The notes beneath the pieces were generated by a model. It saw nothing but the letters and a program-made list of their open reading frames with translations. It did not search any database and was not told the origin of the DNA. 64,000 bases of DNA from Sphyrna mokarran (lineage: Eukaryota), in NCBI GenBank assembly GCA_024679065.1, contig JAGIQG010000043.1, positions 2,418,001-2,482,000 of the forward strand, given 5' to 3'. The translations under genes were made by a program, and so were the position numbers. How positions within the stretch are numbered: position 1 is the first letter of the stretch; every line of letters starts with the position of its first letter. Below, piece by piece: positions 27,281 through 37,542 of this stretch.

Positions 27281-27722
27281 GACACTTAAACTGTGAACTA
27301 AAAATCTGTGTTTTAGTTCACAGATCCTGTCCCAGACATCTCAATCGCCATTTTTATTAATTCCTGTCGCTTCTTTTGACAAATCTTCTTAAACCAATAC
27401 CATGCAACTCTCGATATTTTGCCCTTTTCACAAATATGGTGTTCGTTCTTTTTTACAGAAATGACAAATGGTGATAGAACATAGAAACAGACAAGACTCT
27501 AAATTCAAAACTAAATAAAAAGTAACGTGATTTGTTCAATTTAAGCTGATCTTCATTCTTTAGCTTAATCTAGGTCATCTTAATGGAGGGAGATTAATAT
27601 TGTTTATTTATCATTGCGCTTCTAGAAAGCCAGCATACCCTTTACTGTGTAAAAAACTTCCTTTATATGACAAACAAGCCTATTTAAATACCAGGTGCCT
27701 GATTCCTTAGAACATAGAACAT

Positions 27723-27822
27723 NNNNNNNNNNNNNNNNNNNNNNNNNNNNNNNNNNNNNNNNNNNNNNNNNNNNNNNNNNNNNNNNNNNNNNNNNNNNNN
27801 NNNNNNNNNNNNNNNNNNNNNN
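27723..27822. other. 100-N scaffold gap at the symmetry axis
   Basis: Exactly 100 N, flanked by agaacatagaacat / atgttctatgttct (the CR1 3' tail microsatellite). Confidence 0.98.
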
Positions 27823-29739
27823 ATGTTCTATGTTCTAAGGAATCAGGCACCTGGTATTTAAATAGGCTTGTTTGTCATATAAAGGAAGTTTTTTACACAG
27901 TAAAGGGTATGCTGGCTTTCTAGAAGCGCAATGATAAATAAACAATATTAATCTCCCTCCATTAAGATGACCTAGATTAAGCTAAAGAATGAAGATCAGC
28001 TTAAATTGAACAAATCACGTTACTTTTTATTTAGTTTTGAATTTAGAGTCTTGTCTGTTTCTATGTTCTATCACCATTTGTCATTTCTGTAAAAAAGAAC
28101 GAACACCATATTTGTGAAAAGGGCAAAATATCGAGAGTTGCATGGTATTGGTTTAAGAAGATTTGTCAAAAGAAGCGACAGGAATTAATAAAAATGGCGA
28201 TTGAGATGTCTGGGACAGGATCTGTGAACTAAAACACAGATTTTTAGTTCACAGTTTAAGTGTCAATGTCCAACAATGTGCAATTAAGTGGATTGACCAT
28301 GCTTAATTACCCCTTAGAACAAAGAACAGTACAGCACAGAAGCAGGCTCTTTGGCCCTCCAAGCTTGCGCCGCTCATGTGACCAGTTAGACCATTCGTTT
28401 GTATCCCTCTATTCCCAGTCTGTTCATGTGGCTATCTAGATAAGTCTTAAACAATCCCAATGTGTCCGCCTCAACCACCTTGCTTGGCAGTGCATTCAAG
28501 GCCGCCACCCACCTTTGTGTAAAATACGTCCCCCTGACATCTGCGTTGAACCTTGCCCCCCCACCCCTCACCTTGAATCTATGACCCCTTGTGCTCGTCA
28601 CCTACGACCTGGGAAAAAGCTTCACCCTATCTGTGCCCATCATAATTTTATACACCTCTATTAAGCCTAGTATCTAAAGATGTGCAGGTATTCTGGATTT
28701 GTCATGCAAAATTGTCCCTGAGTTGCCAAATATGTGCCGGTTGTCTGATTGGCCATGAGAAAGTTGTCGTTTAGTGTCCAAAGGTGTAGAGGTTATGTGG
28801 ATTGGCCAAGATAAATTCGCCCCAACTATCCAAAGAAGTGCAGGGCGCCGGATTGCCCATGCTAAATTGTGCCTTTGTGGATAAAGATGTGCATGTTTGG
28901 TGGATTGGACAAGCTAAATTGTCTCTTAGCATCAGGAGAAATTTGAAGGCTAAGTATGTGGGGTCACGGCGATAGCACCTGAGTGCGTTTGCTGGCAGTG
29001 CAGCCTCAATGGGCTGAATGGCCTTCCTTCTGCACTATAGGAGTTTCATGGTTCTATAAATTAACTCATCCAAACTTTACCAATTGTCAATTTTCAGCAT
29101 CCCGTTTTGCACGAATCTGACTGAATCTCCTACATTTCAAATTAAGTGCATTTGCAAGGACATATCACTGGCTACCAAGGACCTGGGGACATCCTATTTT
29201 CGGGCCAGGCTCAACATTAAACTAGGCAATTGTAATCTCTCTGAAATAATGTGGAGCATGCTTGTTGCAACCCTTGTAAAGCATAGAGGCAGCACTAACT
29301 GTTCACATATCCGGGTATCAAAGGATGGCTTTGATTTTATGTTTTTCTAACAAAATTACATAAAAAACATAGAACAGTTTTGGACCATTCGGCCTATCAG
29401 CTGCTGTCAATGTTCCAGAGGTACCCCATTCTTTCTTTCTATCACTCCATCAACATATCCTTCTACTCTTTTCTCTCATTGGTGTCTATTCAACTGCCCA
29501 ATTAAAATCCATCTTTGTCATTAAACTCAAGCAGACGTGAGAAGGAAAATGGGGCAACTAATGCCATAATCAGAACGACTTTAATAGAGCGATTTTATAT
29601 TAATTGGCACAGTTTAATTTGATTTGGTTTGATTTATTATTGTCACATATATTACTATACAACGAAAAATGGCCCACGTTGCATTAAATTGAACTTTCTC
29701 TACTGCCTGGTGATGATTCTGACACTACAGTCTCATTTC

Positions 29740-30232
29740 CTTCTCCATGAACGGTATGCATTGTCTATAGAAGCGCGCAAGAAATAACACTTTGCACTGT
29801 ATTCCAGTACATATCACAACAATAAATTAAATCAATGTACTCTATGAATGGTATGCTTTGCGTGCATAGCGCGCAAAAAAACAATACTTTTCACTGTATC
29901 CCAATACATTTGACAAAACAAATCAAATCTATGCACTCTATGAATGGTATGCTTTGTCTGTATAGAGCGCAAGAAGAAATACTTATCATAGTATCCCAAT
30001 ACATGTGACTGTAATAAATTAAATCTATACACTCTATGAACGGTATTTTTAACTCTGTATGCTTGCAAGAAGCAATACTTTTCGCTGTATCCCAAAACAT
30101 GTCACAATAATAAATCAAATCTATGTACTCTCTGAACGGTATGTTTTATCTGTGTAGCGCAAGAAACACCACTTTTCACAGCATCCCAATACATGTGACA
30201 ATAATAAATCAAATCAAACCAAATCAAATCAA
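29740..30232 (+). repeat. Second tandem array, 5 x ~95 bp, of the same tail (mirror 25313-25805)
   Basis: Unit starts near 29745, 29834, 29929, 30024, 30121; ends in (atcaa)n. Confidence 0.9.
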
Positions 30233-30822
30233 AAGCATTCCCTATGCAATCGAGTTCTATATTCCCCCCATTCTTCCAATTTACATTTTTGTCCTGAATT
30301 CTTGCTCAGTGACAAATTCATCCTGCAATATTTTGGAATCCTACTTCAGCCTTGTTGAACCATTTCATAATTGCAAATATTTCAGTAGATCAGCCCTCAA
30401 TTTTCATTTTTTTTTCAGAGACAAAGAGCTCCAACCTCTTCAAGACTCACTGACAGTTGCACGGTCTCATTTCTGGTATCATTCGTTTTGAAATGTTAAC
30501 TGAACCTTTTCCACAACCTGGGAATCCTTACCAGATTCGGAAGAGCCGCGCTCTGCACTCCATGTCTTGTCTAACTGATGTGAGTGAGATATTTGAGGTA
30601 TTTTGGAGAACATGCCAAATGCTCTCCAGCACCTGCACCTGTAGTAAACAGGAAAACCGCAGAGAGCTCTCTACCTCGGTTCTATTTTCAAACCCCGGTC
30701 GTGTTTTCATTCACGTACACAGTGTGTGTATTTCACTCCTCCTCCTCACAGAGAGATCAAGAGCGAGTTCTCAGTGAAATTTAGATCAGGGGCTCACAGT
30801 CTCATGGTCTCGCTCAAGAACA

Positions 30823-30865
30823 ATGGGTTTCCTCGGTATCTGTGCATTGTTCCATCTCTTCCAGG
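30823..30865 (+). CDS. Gene A leader (signal peptide) exon
   Basis: ATG GGT TTC CTC GGT ATC TGT GCA TTG TTC CAT CTC TTC CAG G|gtgaga: hydrophobic 14-mer with a phase-1 donor that joins in frame to the V exon. Confidence 0.75.
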
Positions 30866-33800
30866 GTGAGATATCCTCATTATATTCAAATAGAATGGAG
30901 AAAATATGCATAGAGCAAAGACGCAGAAACTGTTTCCATGGGCAGGAGTTTCCGGAACCAAGGGAATATGAATTTGGTAAAAGTAACAGGGAGGAAAATT
31001 AGGGGATTTTTTAACGCATCTGAGCTGCTGTGATCTGGAAGCTTTTGCCTCAAAGGGCGGAGGAAGTAGATCCAACAGGAACTTTCAAATGGGGGAAATA
31101 GAACTACCAAAATGTGGGAATTGGATACAAATTTGAAGGGGAAAATTCAATAATATGAGCGAAATCTTTCACAGATTCAACTCAAATTGGAAGGACCGAA
31201 CGTTCTCCCCATCCTGGGCTTCAGCAGTGCTATAAGTTGTGATTTAGCGTGCAAGTCTAACTTAACAATCAATCAAATGTTGCTGAGAAAATGCAACGTC
31301 GGTTCATAACAATGATTATAGTGGAATTAATTCGATTTGTCATTTCTCCTGAGGTGTGCTGTGTGAATGGGCTTCCTTAACAATATTGGCTATATTAGAA
31401 AAAAAGCTTTTCAAGTAGAACTTCAGAGTCAGTTATAAATTTCTGAACAGACTTTAGCGCCCAAAATCAACGAAGGAGAGAAACGAGGCAAAAATAGAAA
31501 ATCCTGGAAGATCTCAGCGGCACAGTGGGTTAAGACTGTCACATCACAACGTCAGGCTTGGATTCTCGGCTTGGGTCATTGTCTGCAGAGTTTGCATGTT
31601 CTCCCCGTGTCTGCTGGGTTTCCTCCAGGTGCTCCTCTTTCCTCCTAAAATTCAAAGATGGGCGGGTTAGTTTGAATCGCCGGGCTAAATTGACCCTTCA
31701 TATTAGGGGATTAGCAGTGTAAATATGTGAGATTGCCGTGATCCGTGCAGATTCGATGGGCTGAATGGCCTCTTTCTACACTGTAGGATTCCATGATTCT
31801 CGGAATCTGAGAGCATCGGTGGAGAGGCAATGGAGCTCTGACCCATAGCCATCCAGACTCGAAACATCGGCTCTATACTCTCTCTTCTGATGCTCTCAGA
31901 ACAAGAATCATAGAGTCAGTTTGTTCACTGTTCAAGAAGGCCACTTGGTCCACCGACTCGGCATTGTTCACAATTTTCACAACCCCACTGAGGTCTTCCA
32001 ACATTTTCTGGTTTTTTTTGTTCGGTTTCAGGCATGCGCAGTCATTCGCTTTTCTATAGGAAAGGCACGGGATAGGGTGGAAGTAATAGTTGAGAAATGT
32101 AATTTTACTGAAGCTGAAAGTGTGACTAACATCACCCAGTTCCCATGCGCCCCCCTCCCCAGTGTTTAAACCAGATTTACTGATGAATAGACTTGTTTTA
32201 CACCTTTCGAAAAGGAGGAAGAAAATGGGACAATTAACACCGTAATCAGAGTGATTTTAACGGTGCATTTTTTTCTGAATCGGGAACTTTTGTGATTTCA
32301 TTTGATTTGATTTATTATTGTCATCTGTATCGCTATAGAGTGAAATGTATTGTTTCCTGCATGCTATACAATTTATTCTTGTCACATGAATTGGGATACA
32401 GTGAAAAGTATTGTTTCTTGCGCGCTATACAGACAACACATACCGTACATGGAGAACGAAAGGACACAGTGCAGAATGCAGTGTCACCATCATAATTAGG
32501 ATGTAGAGAAATTTCAACTTTGTGTGAGATAGGTCCATTCAAAAGTCTGACAGCACAGGGAAGAAGCTGTTCTTGTGTCTGTTGGTACGTGACCTCAGGC
32601 GTTCGTATCTTTTTCCCGACTGAAGATGAAAGAGAGAATCTTCGAGGTGTGGGTGGGGGGGGGGGGGGGTCCTTCATTTTGCCGGACGATTTCCCGAGGC
32701 AGGAAGAAGTGTCAAAAGGTGGAAAGCTGGTTTGAGATTGACTCTCAATTGTCGATTGTCTTCGGGGAATGCTCCATAACCTGACGTGACGGTTGTTCTC
32801 TTTCCTTCTCTTTCCCAGTTACAATGTCTCAGGTCATCTTGTCCCAATCTCCACCGGTTCAGACGCTGCCTGCGGGGAGTCGTGTTAATCTCAATTGCCG
32901 CATCCAGGGTCGAGTTGCTTTCTTTGTCTTCTGGTACAGACAGAGGGAGAGAAAAGGCACGGATTTCATTTATAGAGCGTACGAGAACAGCCAAGCTGAG
33001 GGGAGATTTTCCGGCCAGATTTCTGAAAATGGGCGTCTTTATTCACTAATCATTACGAAATCCCAGAAAAATGATTCTGGGTTGTATTACTGTTCAATCC
33101 GCAATTATCAGGGCAGGAGCCTAATATTCGGAAATGGCTCCAAGTTAGTGATTACAGGTAAATTCCATTAATCTTCTATTGCAGTGGATATTTCAGAGCA
33201 ATTAAAGTGTCCTGTTCCTCCAATTAATGAGTGTTCTCCGTTTCATTTGCCGGATTTAGCGGGTTCTCCCACCATATTCCTCCTCACCCCGCCGCTGGAT
33301 GAGATTCCCGCGATGGAAAAGGTCCCATTGATGTGCCTGGTCAGAGGTGTGTCTCCCGATTCCTTTCCTGTCCGCTGGAATGTTTCGGGGCGGGATACCG
33401 AGGGACAGACCGATTCAGGGTCACTGGAGCCGGACGGGACCTACACCGTCAGGAGTTACGTCAGTCTTCCGGTGGAAACTTGGAGAAGCAGTGCTCCCTG
33501 TACCTGCGCCATTCGGGTCAACTCCAGTGACAGTATTCTCAGTGACAGTGTCTCATCTCAGAAAGGTAGCTATTCACAATGACTATTTTTCAATCCATTT
33601 AATAATAACGGGACACTTTACTAAAAGCAGCCTAACTTTGTAAATTACACATGTCTGTGCGGGCATCTCTATGAATAACGAAATTAGCACTGTCCTGTCA
33701 TCGTCCTCCCAGTTTCATTTCCTGATATTTTAACTCTTCTTCGCTACTGTTATTAACCGTGGATGTTCAATCACATTTGTGAGAATGGATAGATTAATGA

Positions 33801-36800
33801 GTAAGAGAAAGGACGGAGAAGTGAAGTTTATGTGCATGGTGAGGGATGGTGATGTTGGATGGCAGAATAGACGAGATAGGCCGAATGGCCTCTTCTCCTC
33901 TTCCCCTTCTTGTATCTGGCTAAGACAATATGATGCATCAGGGACCAATCTGTCAGTGTGTAAAATTGAAATGTGTGATTCTACCCCCAGCATTGCACTC
34001 TATCTCCGCACAGCAGTGAACCATCTATTCACCCCTTCGCCTCCCTGTAATTCAATCCCATTCAATTACATCGGCCTTCCCGCTGGTGCTCCTGTTTTCT
34101 TACAAATTCCAGAGATGTATAGCTTAAGTGGATTGGCCATGCTAAATTGCCCCTTTGTGTCCAAAGGTGGGCGGGATAAGTGGATTGTCCATGCTAAATT
34201 GTCCCTTAGTGTCCAAAGATGTGCGGGTTGGGTGGATTGGACATGCTAAATTTGTCCCTTAGTGCCAAAGGATGTGTAGGTTAGGTGGATCAGCCATGGT
34301 ACATTGCCCCTGTCAGCGGATGTATAGATTAGGTAGATCAGCCGTGGTAAATTGTCCCTTAGTGTCAAAGAATATGAAGGCTAGGTGGATGAGCCATACT
34401 GAATTGTTCCTTAGTATAGAAGATATGTAGGTTAGTTAGATTAGCCATGACAAATTACCCATTAGTATCCAAAGATAATGTGGGTTAAGTGGGTTGGCCA
34501 CACTAAATTGTTCCTTACTGTCCAAAGATGTTCAGGTTAGGTGGATTGACCAAGCTAAATTGCCCCTTAGTGCCCAAAAAGTGCGGGTTAGGTGGAATAG
34601 CCATGCTAAATTGAGCCGAGAGTCAGGGAGATTAGCAGAATAAATACATGACGGGGATAGGGTGGTGCAGACTCGATGGTCGGAATGGTCTTCTTCTGCA
34701 CTATAGGATTATATGATTATTCTCTGCCGGAATCTTTCACTCTCTCCCTCCATCTCTCTGTGTGCCCTATTCAAAAAGTGCTCAGTCTCTCTGTCACTAT
34801 CTCTCTTTGCCTCGCCTTATGTTCTATTGTAAAAATGAGTTTCCATTACATGATAGGGAAAGTGTACATTTTTTTTCTCATTTTCTGGTCAAATTGGACA
34901 GTTAAATTGAACGAGATCCTTGCTTGTTTAATTATTTCCACACTTGATTTCCGTTGACTGAAAGTTCAATGCTTTTTTACAGATTCTCTGTTCTCGTCCA
35001 CCTGTCATTTATTATTTTCCGGAGGTTTGTCGGCCGCGGCACTTCTTCTTCTGGGATTGATCCTTGCGGCCGGAAGAAGGATCTGCAGGAACCGGCAGAG
35101 AGGTAGCGATTGTTGGGGGAATCTGTTATCCGCGGCGCTCTCAATCCATACATCTATTACCGAGTTATTGACACTTCTGATCGGATTCGGTGTGAAATTT
35201 ATCCATCCTAAATTTCAGTTCAAATCCTTCTTTCTTACAGGAACCGCGAGCAATGATGAGGAACTGAGAGAATCCAGAGAACACAAACAGAATAAAGAGG
35301 TGAATGAATGGAATTATTTCTTGATATACCACACGAATACATTTCATTAATTATTAATCCGCGGTTTAGAATTCATTACCAACACGGAAAATTCTGGAAA
35401 ACCTCAACAAACCTGGTGGCTTCCATGGACAGAGAAAGCTTCGAGGCGGAATAATTTCTTTCAAGTTTGCTTCTTTTGTTTAATTCATTTATGAAACATT
35501 TGATTTGATTTGATTTATTATTGTCACGTATATTGGGGAACAGTGAAAAGAATTGATTCTTGTCTACTATACAGACAAAGCATACCATTGATAGAGTACA
35601 TAGATTTGGTTTGTTATTGTCACATGTATTGGGATACAGTATTGTTTCTTACGCGCTGTAGAGACAAAGTATACCGTTTATAGAGTACGTACATTTGATT
35701 TACTATTGGCACATGCATTGGGAGGCAGTGCAAAGTGTTGTTTTTTGCACACTACACAGCCAAAGCATACTGTTCACAGAGTACATAGATTGGATTTTTT
35801 ATTGATGCATGTATTGGGATTCAGTGAAAAGCGTTGTATTTTGTGCACTATACAGACAAAGCATACCGTTCATTGAGTATATAGATTTGGTTTATTATGG
35901 TCACATACATTGCGGTACAGTGAGAAGTATTGTTTCTTGCGCGCTATACAAAGCATACCGTCCATTGAATACATAGATTTGGATTATTGTTGTCACGTGT
36001 ATGGGATACAGTGAAAAGTATTGTTTCTTGCACACTACACAGAGAAAGCATACCGTTCATTGAGAAGTAAAGGAGAGAGTGGAGAATATAGTGCTACAGT
36101 AATACCTAGGGTGTGGAGAAAGATCAACTTCGTGCGAGTTAGGTCCATTAAGAAGTCTGAAAGCATGCAGGGAAGAACTTGTTCTTGAGTAGGTTAGTAC
36201 CTGACCTCAGACTTTCGTATTTTTGCCCGACGGAAGAAGGTAGAAGATAGAATGTCCGGGTGCGTGGGTAGGGGGTGGGGTCCTTGATTATGTTGGCTGC
36301 TTTTCCGCGAGGCAACAGGACGTGTAGACAGAGTCAATGGAGGGGAGTTGGTTTGAATAATGGGACTAGACCAGTTCTTGTAGTCTTGGACAGAGCAGGA
36401 GACATACCAAATGCATTCACTTTGAAAGAATACTCTGGTTCTGGAGAGAGTGCAGCGAGGGTTTACCAGGCTCACTCCAGGAATGGCGGGATTGATGTAT
36501 GAGGAGAGATTGACTAGGTTAAAAATGTTTTCACTGGAGTTCACAGGGGGGATTTCACAGAGACTTATAAAATTCTAACAGGGCTAAACAGGGTAGATAC
36601 AGGAAGAATGTTGCCGCTAGTGGGGGGAGTCCAGAATCAGGCGCCACTGTTTGAGGTTTTGGGATAGATCATTTAGGGCGGAGGTGAGGAGACATTTCTT
36701 CACTCTGTGAGCCTGTGGAATTCATTACCACAGGAAGTAGATGATGCCAAAACATTGAACGTATTCAACAGGCGGCTGGATACAGCACTTGGGAGGGAAG

Positions 36801-37542
36801 GTTATGGGGAGAATGTAGGATTAGATAATTGGGCTGGGCGGTCAGTCATGATCATAATGGATGGTGGAGCAGACTCGAAGGGCCAAATATCCTCTCCCTG
36901 CTGGTATCTTCTATGTTTCTATGTAAGCAGCCAGCATTATTAAGAACGCCATGCACCGTGGATACGTTTTATTTCTTCACCTTCTTACTTCTGGAAAAAG
37001 ATATATAATTCTGAGGTCACGCAAGGATAGCTCCTTCCTTGCTGCCATCAGACATTAGAATTGACCTGCCTTATATTAAGTTGAACTTTCTCTTCAAGCC
37101 TGTCTATCACTGTAACACCATAATCTGCACCTTCTACTTTCATTCTCCATACACGATACACTTTGTCTGTACACTGGGCAAGAATCATTACATTTCACTG
37201 CATACTCGCATATGTGACAATAATAAATCTTCATAGAAAGTGAGGCGGAATTCTGGTCAATAAAAAGCTATATAGAGCATTGGGCAATTGGAACTCTAGA
37301 GATGCGACAGTTATATTTATATTAGGGAGGGATTAAGGATTAGTCAGTACTGGTGGGTGACGGTGAGTTGAGTTACCTTGCAGCCATGAACCAATTGAAT
37401 GGAGTGAGGGGAAGGCGGAGGATTGGGGGGACTCAATGGTCTCACCTGTCACGATTATAATGGTGTGTATCACGCTAACAGATCTTTTCATCCACAGACA
37501 CTTTACGCTCGCTTGGCCTTTAACGAGGATCCAAAACTTTAA
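30823..37542 (+). CDS. Gene A: non-rearranging antigen-receptor-like type I membrane protein (leader-VJ-C1-TM-cytoplasmic tail with ITIM/ITSM-like motif), VJC1/PRARP-like; 6 coding exons, 303 aa
   Basis: Hand-spliced exons, all GT-AG and phase-compatible: 30823-30865 (MGFLGICALFHLFQ), 32819-33157 (VJ), 33260-33565 (C1), 34983-35102 (DSLFSSTCHLLFSGGLSAAALLLLGLILAAGRRICRNRQR), 35241-35299 (GTASNDEELRESREHKQNKE), 37498-37542 (TLYARLAFNEDPKL*). Total 912 nt = 303 codons plus stop; intron phases 1,1,1,1,0. Confidence 0.85.
31515..31795 (+). mobile_element. HE1/V-SINE in gene A intron 1 (mirror 23750-24030)
   Basis: gcggcacagtgggttaagactg head, gagtttgcatgttctccccgtgtctg core, CR1-like tail gggctgaatggcct. 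Confidence 0.8.
32295..32690 (-). mobile_element. Rex1-like LINE 3' end in gene A intron 1 (mirror 22855-23250)
   Basis: Same tail as the 93-bp arrays; aagaacagcttcttccctg motif. Confidence 0.7.
32819..33157 (+). CDS. Gene A germline-joined VJ-type Ig V domain exon
   Basis: Polypyrimidine tract and tttcccag acceptor. Encodes B-strand Cys (LNC), WYRQ, RFSG, DSGLYYC and the J motif FGNGSKLVIT in one exon; donor G|gtaaat. Confidence 0.93.
33260..33565 (+). CDS. Gene A Ig C1-set domain exon
   Basis: PTIFLLTPP..VPLMCLVRG..VRW..DGTYTVRSYVSL..W..CTC: light-chain/TCR-like C1 pattern. Acceptor tttag at 33259, donor G|gtagct. Confidence 0.9.
34080..34705 (+). repeat. HE1/V-SINE derivative with ~10 tandem copies of a ~52-bp internal unit (mirror 20840-21465)
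   Basis: Repeating gtccaaagatgtgcgggttaggtggattggccatgctaaattgtcccttagt. Confidence 0.85.
34983..35102 (+). CDS. Gene A connecting peptide and transmembrane exon
   Basis: Acceptor ttttttacag. Cys-containing stalk, uncharged hydrophobic stretch LLFSGGLSAAALLLLGLILAAG, basic stop-transfer RRICRNRQR. Confidence 0.85.
35241..35299 (+). CDS. Gene A first cytoplasmic exon
   Basis: Acceptor tttcttacag, donor GAG|gtgaat; phase 1 in, phase 0 out; hydrophilic peptide. Confidence 0.7.
37498..37542 (+). CDS. Gene A terminal exon with tyrosine motif TLYARL
   Basis: Acceptor cttttcatccacag (ctaac branch-like site just upstream), phase 0, reads TLYARLAFNEDPKL-TAA. Confidence 0.7.
   Translation, partial: TLYARLAFNEDPKL

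Larger units (their letters stand above)
1..27722. repeat. Left arm of giant inverted repeat (at least 27.7 kb; may continue left of the window)
   Basis: Every listed ORF between 2434 and 27159 has an exact reverse-complement partner with coordinate sum 55545; bases 1-60 match 55485-55544. Confidence 0.98.

Noticed and set aside
30648-30665. ETS/RUNX-like words (caggaa, aaccgca) upstream of the gene A leader
   Set aside because: Short motifs expected by chance; no TSS evidence to anchor them.
30718-30756. Cryptic 23-RSS (cacagtg-23 bp-acagagaga) upstream of the gene A leader
   Set aside because: Nonamer matches only 5/9 and it does not flank a V or J segment.
33185-33259. Alternative in-frame C1 acceptor (attgcag at 33184) implied by the ORF track start
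   Set aside because: Would need a 27-bp intron, too short for vertebrate splicing.
32819-33565. Conventional Ig light chain or TCR locus
   Set aside because: No RSS, no separate J segments, ~100-bp V-C intron, uncharged TM and a tyrosine-motif tail; no ATGCAAAT octamer noticed near either leader.
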